A stretch of DNA of 64,000 nt from an uncultured bacterium. Lineage in GTDB: Bacteria > Patescibacteriota > JACMRA01. Location: assembly GCA_963784355.1 (NCBI GenBank), contig CAWAQU010000006.1, positions 1 to 64,000 of the forward strand, in the 5' to 3' direction. Within the stretch, counting starts at the first letter, position 1; every line of letters begins with the position of its first letter. Made by a program: the position numbers and the translations under genes. This document shows, one piece after another, positions 19,983-30,297 of the stretch. Below the pieces are notes generated by a model that had not been told where the DNA came from, made no database searches, and saw only the letters and a list, made by a program, of their open reading frames with translations.

Positions 19983-21134
19983 CTGCTTTTCTTTTTGACT
20001 ATCAGGAGAGAGTACTGAAGGTTTACCTGGATTAGCTTCCCAAAGAATTTTAGCTGTGTTCACAGTGCTGATATAATCAATCAAATAATCTGCGTTAAAT
20101 GCTTGGGTCCATTCTTCTTGAACACCTTCATAATTTTCTATGTCTACAGAGCTTTCACTGGAGTATCCATCTTGGGTTTGGGCAGACAAAACAATTCTAG
20201 AGTTTTTAGGATCAGCTTTTAAGGTAACAGAGTGATTTATAGTATTAGTTCTTGCAAACAAATAAACCTGCTTTAGACTATTTAAAAGGTCTTTAGAAGA
20301 AATACTAAATGTACAATTAAAACTTTGCGGAATAATTTTATCATAATCAGGATATTTTCCTTCTCCGTATCTCATTATTAAAGATGTGTTATCAAACTTT
20401 ATCCACAAAAAATCTTTTTCAAAATTGAATTCAATAGAATCTTCAGACTCAACTGCACTAGTCAAAAGCTGTACACTTTTAGGATTTATCAAAAAATTTA
20501 CGGATGATTCAGTTTGAATAAATTCGTTTAGATTATCGTAATTTGCGACCAATACATTTTTTGTAATCCTATAGCGGTCAGTAGATACAATTAACATCTT
20601 GTTTTCACTAGGTTTAAGAGTAAAACAAATATTCAAAAATTCGGGCTGATATACATTTTTAGGTTGGCCTACAGAAATCTGTGCTGATTTAATAGCATCT
20701 AAAGCTTCTTGTGTGATTAATCTCGCGGTAGCTTGCAGTTCTTCAGGTTTTTCACTTGGTAAGACGAAATCAGCAAGCATTTGATTATTTATCCTCAAAG
20801 TATGTTTACTTTTAGCTCCTTGAATAACTAGAGTACTTTTTTCTAAATCTATTTCCAAGCTTACTTTTTCATCTGTAATCAAAGCAATACTGCTACTAAA
20901 TACATCGGTTTTGATTAAAAATGATAGCTCAATTTCAGGTTTATCAATATTTTGAATCTTTAGTTTGGTCTTGAAAAATAAACTGGGATTTAGAGCGGAT
21001 AGAGCTAGTTCCCCATTTTTAATATCTACTCTTGTATAAGTAAAAATTTCCACTTCACTTTTTTTAAGGCTAACCTGATTACAAATACTTAATTTAGTTA
21101 AGAGGTCTTTTTGATTTAAGCTAAAAAATTCCAT
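19956..21134 (-). CDS. dnaN: DNA polymerase III beta clamp
   Basis: STDRYRI, GKYPDYDKIIP, AFNADYLID; 392 aa. Confidence 0.9.
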   Translation of the reverse strand: MEFFSLNQKDLLTKLSICNQVSLKKSEVEIFTYTRVDIKNGELALSALNPSLFFKTKLKIQNIDKPEIELSFLIKTDVFSSSIALITDEKVSLEIDLEKSTLVIQGAKSKHTLRINNQMLADFVLPSEKPEELQATARLITQEALDAIKSAQISVGQPKNVYQPEFLNICFTLKPSENKMLIVSTDRYRITKNVLVANYDNLNEFIQTESSVNFLINPKSVQLLTSAVESEDSIEFNFEKDFLWIKFDNTSLIMRYGEGKYPDYDKIIPQSFNCTFSISSKDLLNSLKQVYLFARTNTINHSVTLKADPKNSRIVLSAQTQDGYSSESSVDIENYEGVQEEWTQAFNADYLIDYISTVNTAKILWEANPGKPSVLSPDSQKEKQLYLVSGLK

Positions 21135-21247
21135 ATTACAAGGTAAAAAATCTGATAAGTCATTTTAAAGAAAGCCTAATTTTGTACTAATGTCAAGACT
21201 GGTACTACTAATATTAGCATTTAAACTAGGTCTGAAACCTTCAAATA

Positions 21248-21655
21248 TTAAAACGAAAGATTTTTAAAAATAAACACAATGCTAATTTGATACAATATAA
21301 CCACGAGCCAAGACAAGGCAACCATCAAAACAGCTCCTGCAGCGATGTCTTTGATTATTTTGACCTTAGGGTGATAATCAGGCTGAACTAGGTCACAAAG
21401 TGTCTCTATAGCTGAATTAAGCATCTCTAGACTTATTACAATGCTCATCAAAATCAAATTAGCAACAGCAGTAACCCACCTTTGGTGAAATATTCCGAAG
21501 ATTGTAAAAGATATACCTACAAATAATTGTAAACTAAGATTTGGCTCTCTTTTGAAAGCTGTGTAAATACCCACAAGTGCATAATACGGACTCTTTAATA
21601 TATTGTACTTCATTACTTTCTCCGGTATTATGATTTTATCTTCTTCATCGTACAT
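21248..21655 (-). CDS. dgkA: Diacylglycerol/undecaprenol kinase family (second copy)
   Basis: EMLNSAIETLCDLV, KIIKDIAAGAV. Confidence 0.9.
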   Translation of the reverse strand: MYDEEDKIIIPEKVMKYNILKSPYYALVGIYTAFKREPNLSLQLFVGISFTIFGIFHQRWVTAVANLILMSIVISLEMLNSAIETLCDLVQPDYHPKVKIIKDIAAGAVLMVALSWLVVILYQISIVFIFKNLSF

Positions 21656-21656
21656 A

Positions 21657-22949
21657 TTATTTGTTTAAAGCAGTTTTTGTAATATTAGCTATTTTAGTTG
21701 CATCTGATGTGGTTGTGTTTATATTTGTAGGTAAATTTAATACTTTATTTCGAATTAGCTCTGAAATATTGGTTAGGTCAGTTATTTTATAGTTGTATGC
21801 TTGCTCGTCATTTATTGCTGTGCCTAAGAATACTTTATTATACCATTTTCCCAAAAAAATACCTTGGTTTTTCATGGCTGTGTATATCTTATTGTAAATT
21901 TCTTCGTGTGTAAGTTTGTCTATAAATATTGGCAATCTTAAGTACACATTTTGAGGATTAAAATCTATATCTAGCTCATTAGCGTAAATCAAAGCTAATT
22001 CTTGCCTGTGTTTGTTGTATCTCTCTAGTTTGTTTAATTGATTAAGGAGTAGCGGAAATAAATTTAAACTCATTATTAGTGGGGTAGGGAATTGGTCCAC
22101 ATTCAAAGTTTTTTCAGAGGTAGTATAAACCGGTTTGCTTAGTTTTGTCTTGGTACTAAAAATAGCAATTGCCTTACCAATTCCAAAATAGTACAAAGGT
22201 TTTATAAAAACTGTAGTTAATATTACGTAGAGTAAATTTTGGACTGAAGCTTTAAGATTCATTACTTCTAAAGTGTGGTGCGTCGCCTCAAATGCTTTTT
22301 CCCAGCTTTCAAAATCAACTTGAGCTTGGAGTGCATTTTCCTTATTAAAAATAACTGCTCCACCACTAGTTGTGGATATAATTTTATCTCTTCCAAAACT
22401 GAAAGCTGCAGCATGACCAAATTTACCTACCTCAAACTCTTGTTTACCCAAACTAAATCTAGCTCCCAAACTATGAGCACAGTCTTCAATTAGAATTAAA
22501 TTATATTTATTACATATTTCTAAAACTCTTTGCATGTTCGGCACTATGCCAAAATTGTATTGTAAAATCCAGACTTTGGTATTTGGGGTAATTTTCGCTT
22601 CCAATTTATCCAAATCAAAATTAAAATTTTCGGTAGATACGTCACAAATTATAGGTTTTAAGTTTGCTTGAAGCACAGCATTTGGTACGACAATACAAGA
22701 AAATCCCTGTACAAGTACCTCAGTATCAGAATTTAGATTTAAACTTTTTAGCAACAGGTATATACCACCTCTGCAAGTATCAAAAAACCACACATTTTCT
22801 ACACCAAATTTATCTTTAAACCAATTTTCAACTTTAGCTTTGGCACCTTGAAATGCCTTTTTATTCGGTAAAAATAGAGTTTTCAAAGTGGTAATTACAT
22901 CGTCTTTTTGGTAGTTTGGTCCAATTTCCAAGCTAATTAATCTTTTCAT
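21657..22949 (-). CDS. DegT/DnrJ/EryC1/StrS PLP-dependent aminotransferase
   Basis: IEDCAHSLG, FSFGRDKII. Confidence 0.88.
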   Translation of the reverse strand: MKRLISLEIGPNYQKDDVITTLKTLFLPNKKAFQGAKAKVENWFKDKFGVENVWFFDTCRGGIYLLLKSLNLNSDTEVLVQGFSCIVVPNAVLQANLKPIICDVSTENFNFDLDKLEAKITPNTKVWILQYNFGIVPNMQRVLEICNKYNLILIEDCAHSLGARFSLGKQEFEVGKFGHAAAFSFGRDKIISTTSGGAVIFNKENALQAQVDFESWEKAFEATHHTLEVMNLKASVQNLLYVILTTVFIKPLYYFGIGKAIAIFSTKTKLSKPVYTTSEKTLNVDQFPTPLIMSLNLFPLLLNQLNKLERYNKHRQELALIYANELDIDFNPQNVYLRLPIFIDKLTHEEIYNKIYTAMKNQGIFLGKWYNKVFLGTAINDEQAYNYKITDLTNISELIRNKVLNLPTNINTTTSDATKIANITKTALNK

Positions 22950-22950
22950 A

Positions 22951-24627
22951 TTACAGTTCTAAAAAGTTTTTACTTTGATAACCTAATAATAATACAAGAT
23001 TATCTTGGCCAGTTAATTTTGAAGCTACCTCAGCTTTGATTTGTCGGGTATTTTTGCCATTCCAGCTGAAAATATTGCTTTTTTCAAAACCGTATTCGAT
23101 TAATTTGCTTTCCAGTAACTTGTTAAAACTTCTACCTAAAAGTATAATTTGAGTAGGATTAGTTTCAAATATTGACTTACTTAATTTCTCATGAATTTCA
23201 TTAGATTTGCTACCCAATTCCATTATATCATCAATAAAAATCACTTTTTTACCTTTGTAATTTTCCAATAGGCTTAAAGCGTTTATAATCCCGTCTTCGT
23301 TGTTATATTGATTGTATAATAGTCTGCCCCACTTTTTATCAAAAATTTGCAATCTGCCCTCAATATCAGGTAAATTTAAAATTATTTCACTAACCTCCTC
23401 TACAGTAAACAAATTATTCTCTCTTACATAGGCTATTGCATGCAAAATATTTTGGATATTTCCTTTACTGATTAAATTGGTTTCCAGATAGTAAGTATCT
23501 TGCCCATTGATGACTAAATCAAAAGTTGTGCCTTGAAAATTAATTTCAATATTTTTTGCTAAATAATTTACATCATTATTGAATTCACCGTTACTTATTT
23601 TATCATTAGTCTCAACTGCGCACTTAATTACTTTAGCTTGTTTAGGAAAATCAATTTTATGACAAAGTGGACTACTCCAATTTACAATAATGATTTCTCC
23701 GGGCTTTAAAAAATGAATTGATTCACTTTCTGCTTTGATAATGTTCTCTTCACTTCCAAAAAAACTAAAATGTTGATAGTTTAAACCTGTAACTATAGAA
23801 CTGTTGGGTGCTATAAACTCACAGATTTCATTACCATCACCTCTTTTGTAGGCTCCAAGTTCACACAAAAAATAATTTGTATCGAGATTTAGTTTTAAAG
23901 TTCTTCGGGCACAACTTACATTGGAATTCTGATTTTTAATAGTTTTTTCTACTTTATACTTTTGGCTTAATACATGGTCCAGAATCTCCTTGGTTGTAGT
24001 TTTACCGTAGGCTCCGGAGATTGCAACCACATTCAAATTTTGTATTGTCTGTCTGTACTTGGCAGCCTTTTTAAAAAGTTGAGATTTGGTATACCAATCA
24101 AATGGAAAAAGAAATAAAATCCAATATCCAATATTTATCGGCACAAGTAGAATTATTAAAGTACAGAAAAAAGATAAAAGGTTCAAACCTGCTATACTAA
24201 AATCATGCAAATCATTTTTTACAAAAGAATACCAGAGAAAGGGTAACAAAACCATTATGGCTAAAAAACTAAGTATCGTGAGCAAACCTGCCTTGGCGGT
24301 AATTTTTGGAAACTTAACTCTTCTTCTATATAAATCAAATAAGAATTTTACAATTTCAAGAAAATTTGCTATAATTAAAGATGTTGTAATAATAGTTCGT
24401 GTGATACTATTTTCAGTAAAAAATGCCGATAAAAATAAAATTATGAGAAATAAAAATCTTAAGATAGTCCAATAATCAAATATAATTTTCTTAGATTCAG
24501 GTAGTTTTAAGTAATCAACCATTTTGTCACCTCGGTATTCTTTATTTTGCCAAAGATATAGCCAAAAGAGATTTTGTTTAACTATAATACCAAAGAATAA
24601 AATCAAGGATAAATACCAGAGATACAT
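22951..24627 (-). CDS. murF: Mur ligase (MurF-like) with N-terminal TM domain
   Basis: AISGAYGKTTTKE, ELGAY, EGRL, MELG, preceded by about 5 TM helices. Confidence 0.7.
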   Translation of the reverse strand: MYLWYLSLILFFGIIVKQNLFWLYLWQNKEYRGDKMVDYLKLPESKKIIFDYWTILRFLFLIILFLSAFFTENSITRTIITTSLIIANFLEIVKFLFDLYRRRVKFPKITAKAGLLTILSFLAIMVLLPFLWYSFVKNDLHDFSIAGLNLLSFFCTLIILLVPINIGYWILFLFPFDWYTKSQLFKKAAKYRQTIQNLNVVAISGAYGKTTTKEILDHVLSQKYKVEKTIKNQNSNVSCARRTLKLNLDTNYFLCELGAYKRGDGNEICEFIAPNSSIVTGLNYQHFSFFGSEENIIKAESESIHFLKPGEIIIVNWSSPLCHKIDFPKQAKVIKCAVETNDKISNGEFNNDVNYLAKNIEINFQGTTFDLVINGQDTYYLETNLISKGNIQNILHAIAYVRENNLFTVEEVSEIILNLPDIEGRLQIFDKKWGRLLYNQYNNEDGIINALSLLENYKGKKVIFIDDIMELGSKSNEIHEKLSKSIFETNPTQIILLGRSFNKLLESKLIEYGFEKSNIFSWNGKNTRQIKAEVASKLTGQDNLVLLLGYQSKNFLEL

Positions 24628-24666
24628 ACTTATCTTTAGGCTGTAGTTGCGTTTTTCGTCAATAGG

Positions 24667-26181
24667 TTATTCCACTTTTGAGTCCTTCTTATAAGAATTG
24701 TATTCAGATAAGTTAAAACTTGGCCAAGCGTAGTTTTTATTTGAATATTTTCTTCTTAAATTAGCTCTTCTAAATTCTAGCCTTTCTACAATAACTGCTT
24801 TTGTAGACTCCGGTAAACCTGATGAATTTACTTTATTAATCAGATCATTTGTACTGGCTGCATCGGTACTTAATTGTCCATAGTACTCACTAGCTTGTCC
24901 ACTTTCTTCTTTAGGTAAATTGTTATAAATTAAATTATCAAAGTTAATAAAATTGACCATTAAAATGATTGAAAATGTAAAGATTGCAGCTACTTTGAGT
25001 AGGTATTTACTTCTGTAATCTAACAATTTAACAAACAAAATTATTACTATACCGACTAACCAGGCAATTACAGCAAATCCATAAAGTCTTTTAAATGTTA
25101 GACCCCAAGTTGTAATATAGTCTAAATCACTTTTGAATGCTATATAAATTAAAAATAAGTTTTGAAGTAGTAAAATCAAAGAAGTTGTTAAATTTAGTCT
25201 TTTTCTAAGTTTGTCAAAATACACTAAAGCAATTACGATAACAGCAACAATTGAAAGTTGAGCAAAAACCTCATTATTCAATCTACCATAGCTATATCCT
25301 AAGCTTGCTAATGCCGCTGATGTAGCTAAATATAGTTGAATTTGCGCTATAAAGAAAGCAAATAAAACTGCAATTGTAGTTAATTTTGGAATACTAAAAC
25401 TGATAAGATTTCCTTTTTCATAACTATCGTCATTTGTTACAATCTCATAATTTTTTACAAGTTCAACTACTTTTGGAAGATTAAAGTATAAAATCAAAAA
25501 CATTATTAATCTAATAACATTTAATGGCGTGTAGATTGCATTTATTATTTTGGCTATCAAAAGATTCAAACTAGAAATGAATTGATTCAACCTGAAAAAG
25601 TTCAAAGTATTATTAATGAAATCTTGAAAAATTGGATTAGACGAAGAGAGAAGAGGTAAAACTATAGCTAAAATTAGGATAGAAATTACAGAACCGATCA
25701 ATATTCCGCTCCAGTTTATATCTTTTTTAGTTAAATTTGTTTTAGCTGCAGTTAGATCTTTATGAAAATCTATACGTTTGTACACTTCATTGTAGTATTT
25801 ATCTTCAACTTTAACTTTAAAAATAGATCTTAGCACAAGAAGCGGTGCGGCTAATATTTTTATCAACTTATTTTTTCCAAAGTCTAGAGGGTCAATAATT
25901 AAAAAACATGTGCTATAAATTATAGCAATTAGATTCAGAAAAGTTAGTAGAGAGTTTGCACGAATTACAAAGCATAAACAGAATAAAATTGTGGTTATAT
26001 AAAAAACTGAAGCTTTGGATTTATTTTGCTTACTCAAAAATATTAAAGTGGCAAATAAAATCGTGCTCAAACTTAATCCGGTAAAGGGAAAGCTTGAGTT
26101 TCCTAAAACAAGTAAGAATGGAACTACAATTGATAAAGCCAGAATCGAAACTTTTTGCAGTAGATTGGTTTTTGGTGACAT
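24667..26181 (-). CDS. DUF4153/DUF4173-like polytopic membrane protein
   Basis: EVFAQL, YITTWGLTFKRLY, LSTDA, SFNLS; start moved to ATG 26181 to avoid overlapping groL. Confidence 0.75.
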   Translation of the reverse strand: MSPKTNLLQKVSILALSIVVPFLLVLGNSSFPFTGLSLSTILFATLIFLSKQNKSKASVFYITTILFCLCFVIRANSLLTFLNLIAIIYSTCFLIIDPLDFGKNKLIKILAAPLLVLRSIFKVKVEDKYYNEVYKRIDFHKDLTAAKTNLTKKDINWSGILIGSVISILILAIVLPLLSSSNPIFQDFINNTLNFFRLNQFISSLNLLIAKIINAIYTPLNVIRLIMFLILYFNLPKVVELVKNYEIVTNDDSYEKGNLISFSIPKLTTIAVLFAFFIAQIQLYLATSAALASLGYSYGRLNNEVFAQLSIVAVIVIALVYFDKLRKRLNLTTSLILLLQNLFLIYIAFKSDLDYITTWGLTFKRLYGFAVIAWLVGIVIILFVKLLDYRSKYLLKVAAIFTFSIILMVNFINFDNLIYNNLPKEESGQASEYYGQLSTDAASTNDLINKVNSSGLPESTKAVIVERLEFRRANLRRKYSNKNYAWPSFNLSEYNSYKKDSKVE

Positions 26182-26242
26182 ATAAAAATAAGTTGAAATG
26201 TATATTAAAGATTGCTTACTAATTAGATGACTATAGGGGTAC

Positions 26243-26267
26243 AAAAAAACCGGCCTTTGCAGCCGGA
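26243..26267 (-). terminator. Terminator after groL
   Basis: Minus strand tccggc-tgcaaag-gccggt followed by T run. Confidence 0.75.
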
Positions 26268-26290
26268 TAAAATTTAATCTTGATTTTAAT

Positions 26291-27925
26291 TTAGTAGTCC
26301 ATTCCACCCATTCCTCCTCCGGGCATTGCTGCTTTTTCCTCTTTTGGTTCGTCAACAATTACAACTTCTGTGGTAATTATAGAGCCTGCAACTGAAGCAG
26401 CATTTGAAACGGCTTGTTTTAAAACCATTACCGGATCAATAATACCTGCTTCCAGCATGTTGTCCACACCCTTCATATCTTTAAAGTCAAATCCAAATGT
26501 CTTATTTTGAACGATTTGGTGTAGAGTGATGGATACATCGTAAATTCCGGCATTTTTAGCGATTGCTCTAAATGGAGTATAGAGAGCTGATTTAAATATT
26601 CTAACTCCTACTTTTTCATCTTCATCAACAGTGCTATCCATAACCTCATTAAGTGCTTCAGCAATTCTTACTAAAGTCACTGCACCTCCAGGTACCACAC
26701 CTTCAGCAATTGCAGCTTTTGTAGCATTAAGCGCATCTTCTACAGTGTATTTAAGCTCTTTCATTTCTACTTCTGTAGCAGCACCAACTTTGATTACTCC
26801 GACACCACCGACTAGTTTGGCCAATCTTTCTTCTAATTTCTCTCTGTCATAATCTGATTTAGTATCTAAAACAGCAGCTTTAATAGTATTTACTCTTTGA
26901 TCAATTGCAGATTTATCACCTTTACCGCCTACAATAGTTGTATTGTCCTTAGTAGAGATTACTCTGTCAGCAGCACCAAGATCGTCTATTGTAGCTGATT
27001 TTAATTGCATACCAAGATCACTTGATATAAAGGTTGCTCCGGTCAAAATTGCAATGTCCTCAAGCATAGCTTTGCGTCTGTCACCAAATGCAGGAGCCTG
27101 TATGGCAAATACGTTAAATATACCTCTGATTTTATTAAGTACAAAAGTAGCTAGAGCCTCACCTTCGATATCATCAGCAATAATTACTAAATCTTTTTTG
27201 CCTTGTTGCGCCATTGATTCAATTACAGGTAAAACATCTTGAATGGAAGAAATTTTGCGATCTGTGACCAAAATCATAGGTTTTTCTGCTACGGCTTCCA
27301 TTCTTGCAGTGTCGGTAACAAAATAAGGTGATTTATAACCTTTATCAAATTGCATACCTTCTACAACTTCTACCTCAGTTTTATTGGAATCTCCGCTTTG
27401 AACAGTAGCTACTCCATTTGCTCCAATTTTTTCTAGCACATCAGCAATCATGTCACCAATTTCACGACTACGACTTGAGATTGTAGCTATATCTGATTTT
27501 TGTTCTTTAGTAGTTACAGCAACAGCCTCTCTATTTAAGTAATCAAGACTAAATTGAACAGCTTTTTTGATACCCGTGCGAATTTTTACAGGATCATTTC
27601 CAGCTTCCACAACTTTCAAACCTTCATTTATTAATGCTCCGGAAAGTACTGTGGTTAGAGTAGTTCCATCTCCGGCAATATCGTTTGTTTTGTTGGCAGC
27701 TTGTTGGATGAGACTTACACCCATTTGTTCTAAACCTTCGAGTTCTACAGCTTTTGCAATGGTTACACCATCATTTGAAATGTCAGGTCCACCGTAAGAT
27801 TTACCAATCACGCTTGTTCTTCCAAGTGGTCCATAACTGGTTTGTACTGCATTTACAACAGTATTTACACCTGTTTGAATTGATTTCCTGGCATCGCTAC
27901 CGAATTTGATTATTTTTTTAGCCAT
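26291..27925 (-). CDS. groL: Chaperonin GroEL
   Basis: NDGVTIAK, GDGTTL, EGMQFDKGY, GGMGGMDY tail. Confidence 0.98.
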   Translation of the reverse strand: MAKKIIKFGSDARKSIQTGVNTVVNAVQTSYGPLGRTSVIGKSYGGPDISNDGVTIAKAVELEGLEQMGVSLIQQAANKTNDIAGDGTTLTTVLSGALINEGLKVVEAGNDPVKIRTGIKKAVQFSLDYLNREAVAVTTKEQKSDIATISSRSREIGDMIADVLEKIGANGVATVQSGDSNKTEVEVVEGMQFDKGYKSPYFVTDTARMEAVAEKPMILVTDRKISSIQDVLPVIESMAQQGKKDLVIIADDIEGEALATFVLNKIRGIFNVFAIQAPAFGDRRKAMLEDIAILTGATFISSDLGMQLKSATIDDLGAADRVISTKDNTTIVGGKGDKSAIDQRVNTIKAAVLDTKSDYDREKLEERLAKLVGGVGVIKVGAATEVEMKELKYTVEDALNATKAAIAEGVVPGGAVTLVRIAEALNEVMDSTVDEDEKVGVRIFKSALYTPFRAIAKNAGIYDVSITLHQIVQNKTFGFDFKDMKGVDNMLEAGIIDPVMVLKQAVSNAASVAGSIITTEVVIVDEPKEEKAAMPGGGMGGMDY

Positions 27926-27945
27926 AATAAGATAAAATTTTTAAT

Positions 27946-28242
27946 TTATTTTTCAATTATTGCCAAGATATCCTTAGCGTTGATTATTTTATAAATAGTT
28001 TCAGAATCTACTTCATCTTTTACTTCTTCACCGGAGTATTTACCAAACATAACGCTGTTACCAATACTTAGACCCAGATTTTGTACATTTTCATCCTGGC
28101 CTATTCCGCCTCCAATAGCAATCACTTCACCAATTGCCTGTTCGTTTTTCTCTTCCGCAGATAATATAATACCTGAAGCTGTTGTATTTTTTTGCTTAAT
28201 AAGCTTTACAACAACTCTATTTCCTAGTGGTTTAATAGTCAT
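27946..28242 (-). CDS. groS: Co-chaperonin GroES
   Basis: IKPLGNRVVV, TASGIIL, KYSG, DILAII. Confidence 0.97.
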   Translation of the reverse strand: MTIKPLGNRVVVKLIKQKNTTASGIILSAEEKNEQAIGEVIAIGGGIGQDENVQNLGLSIGNSVMFGKYSGEEVKDEVDSETIYKIINAKDILAIIEK

Positions 28243-28423
28243 AAAATGTATAAATTTTTTAGTGCAAAAGTAAAAATTGTTTTGCTACATTTTGCAGATT
28301 TAGCAACTAACTACTACACTAAGTAGTTGGCAAACTAAAAACATATTTGCTAAAAATTGTCAAGGATAAAGCTGCTTGACCTTATGTTGACAGAATTTAC
28401 TATAACACATAATTTAAGCGGAA

Positions 28424-29383
28424 ATGCCAGAAAATAAAAATAATCCGCAACTTGATAAATTACAATCATATATATCTAGTTTTATAAAGCAGTTTGGGAC
28501 TCTTATTTTATTTTTGTATAAGGAAATTAATGGATTCATAGTAAAATATAAATACCTTTTTACTGCCATTACCATTTTTTTACTTTCACTGTTTTTCTTT
28601 ATAATAATCGGCTTTCCGGAAATTACTGTTTACTCTATTTTTTTTAAGCAGAGAACGCTTGGGCTTGCAATTTTGAGCTTAATTTTTTTATTTACCTTTC
28701 TCGTTGTATACTACTCAAAGTTTAGCAATTATCAAAAAATTTCTTATTGGTTGCAAAGTAATATTCTTACTTTTTTTTCCTTTGCTTACTTTCTTAGATT
28801 AAATGCAGCAGTAGTAAATTTCTCAAATTTTAATATCGATACTAGGCTAGTTGCTTTACCTTTATCCGGCTTTATTTTGTATGCTAATTATCAGCTACTT
28901 ACTATCAATCAAAGAAAACTGACTTATCTGGTCCCTCAAATTGTAATTATAGCAGTGCAGGCTTATTCTTTTGTGAATTTAATTAAGCTTGATAGAACTT
29001 CCATCCGTAGTTTTTCATATGATTGGCTGGCTCTGTTATTTAATCTGCCAGGTTTTATTTGGTTTGTAGTGTGCGCTCTTGCTATTACTTTAGTGAGCTT
29101 ACTGAGCTACAAGTTGAAAACAAAAAAGCAAAATTTAATATTTGGTCTAATTTTATTTGTCTTACTTTTTCAAGCGTTGTTTGCAATTGACCATATAGCA
29201 GGACTTAGTTATTGGTATAAAACATTCCTTTTTTTGGTTTTTTGGGACTTTATCTACAACCCTATTTATACTATCTCAAATCAAATTAATGACACTAAAT
29301 ACCAACCAAAATTAGTCGTGTCTGCAATTTACCACTTTGTATTAATAATAGCCCTACTAATCGGCCGACCTATTTTTGGCTAA
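28424..29383 (+). CDS. Hypothetical polytopic membrane protein
   Basis: About 9 hydrophobic segments. Confidence 0.75.
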   Translation: MPENKNNPQLDKLQSYISSFIKQFGTLILFLYKEINGFIVKYKYLFTAITIFLLSLFFFIIIGFPEITVYSIFFKQRTLGLAILSLIFLFTFLVVYYSKFSNYQKISYWLQSNILTFFSFAYFLRLNAAVVNFSNFNIDTRLVALPLSGFILYANYQLLTINQRKLTYLVPQIVIIAVQAYSFVNLIKLDRTSIRSFSYDWLALLFNLPGFIWFVVCALAITLVSLLSYKLKTKKQNLIFGLILFVLLFQALFAIDHIAGLSYWYKTFLFLVFWDFIYNPIYTISNQINDTKYQPKLVVSAIYHFVLIIALLIGRPIFG

Positions 29384-29409
29384 AATTTTCTAACACCTAT
29401 AAGTTTTTC

Positions 29410-30273
29410 ATGTCTACAATTAAGTTAATTTCCTGGAATATTAATGGTTTCAGAGCTGCTATAAAAAAAGGTTTTTGGGAAAAAGTACAACAACTTGATC
29501 CTGATATAATTTGTCTTCAGGAAACCAAATCTGATATTGAAATTATGTCCAGTGAAGTGGTTAAACATTCTGACTATTCTATGGTATTCAATAGTTGCAG
29601 TATGAAAAAAGGTTATAGTGGAGTGGCAACTTTATTTAAAAATGAGTATAAAAATAAGACTAGTGATGATTTATTTTTGACGGAAAAGACTGTAACTACA
29701 AACCCAAAAATTTTACAAACTGATTATTTTATTTCACTTGATATTCCTGAGTTTGATGTAGAAGGTCGACTTGTTGTAACTAAATTCAAAAATATTGAAA
29801 AAAACTTTGAGTTTACTTTATTAAATGGTTATTTTCCCCAAGGTGGAAGAGGGCCTGAGAGAATTGCCTACAAAATTAGATTTTATGAAGCTGTTTATAA
29901 GTTAGCTAATGAAATGAGGGAAAAAGGCGAAAAAATAATTATATGTGGAGATTTAAATACCACTGTAACTGATATTGATTTAGCTAGACCAAAAGAAAAC
30001 AAAAATACTACAGGATGTTTGCCTGAAGAGAGGGATGCACTAGATTTATTTTTAAAAAACGGTTATATTGACAGTTTTAGATATTTTTATCCTGATGAGG
30101 CTAAGTATACTTATTGGGACCAAATTACCAGAGCTAGAGAAAGAAATGTAGGTTGGAGAATTGATTATTTTTTGGTTGATGAATCACTTGTACCAATGCT
30201 TAAATCTGCAGAAATTTTGAACGACGTTTTTGGTAGTGATCACTGTCCGGTCAGTATAGAATTACAATTTTAA
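29410..30273 (+). CDS. xth: Exodeoxyribonuclease III / AP endonuclease
   Basis: SWNING, LQETK, GDLN, GWRIDY, SDHCP. Confidence 0.96.
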   Translation: MSTIKLISWNINGFRAAIKKGFWEKVQQLDPDIICLQETKSDIEIMSSEVVKHSDYSMVFNSCSMKKGYSGVATLFKNEYKNKTSDDLFLTEKTVTTNPKILQTDYFISLDIPEFDVEGRLVVTKFKNIEKNFEFTLLNGYFPQGGRGPERIAYKIRFYEAVYKLANEMREKGEKIIICGDLNTTVTDIDLARPKENKNTTGCLPEERDALDLFLKNGYIDSFRYFYPDEAKYTYWDQITRARERNVGWRIDYFLVDESLVPMLKSAEILNDVFGSDHCPVSIELQF

Positions 30274-30282
30274 TAATTTTTA

Positions 30283-30294
30283 TTATACGAAGTC
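30283..30294 (-). other. dif-arm-like 12-mer GACTTCGTATAA (satellite 1)
   Basis: TTATACGAAGTC on + strand, intergenic xth/pgi. Confidence 0.75.
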
Positions 30295-30297
30295 AAT

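Noticed and set aside
26182-26358. N-terminal extension of the DUF4153-like ORF overlapping groL
   Set aside because: Crosses the groL terminator; ATG 26181 gives a sensible start
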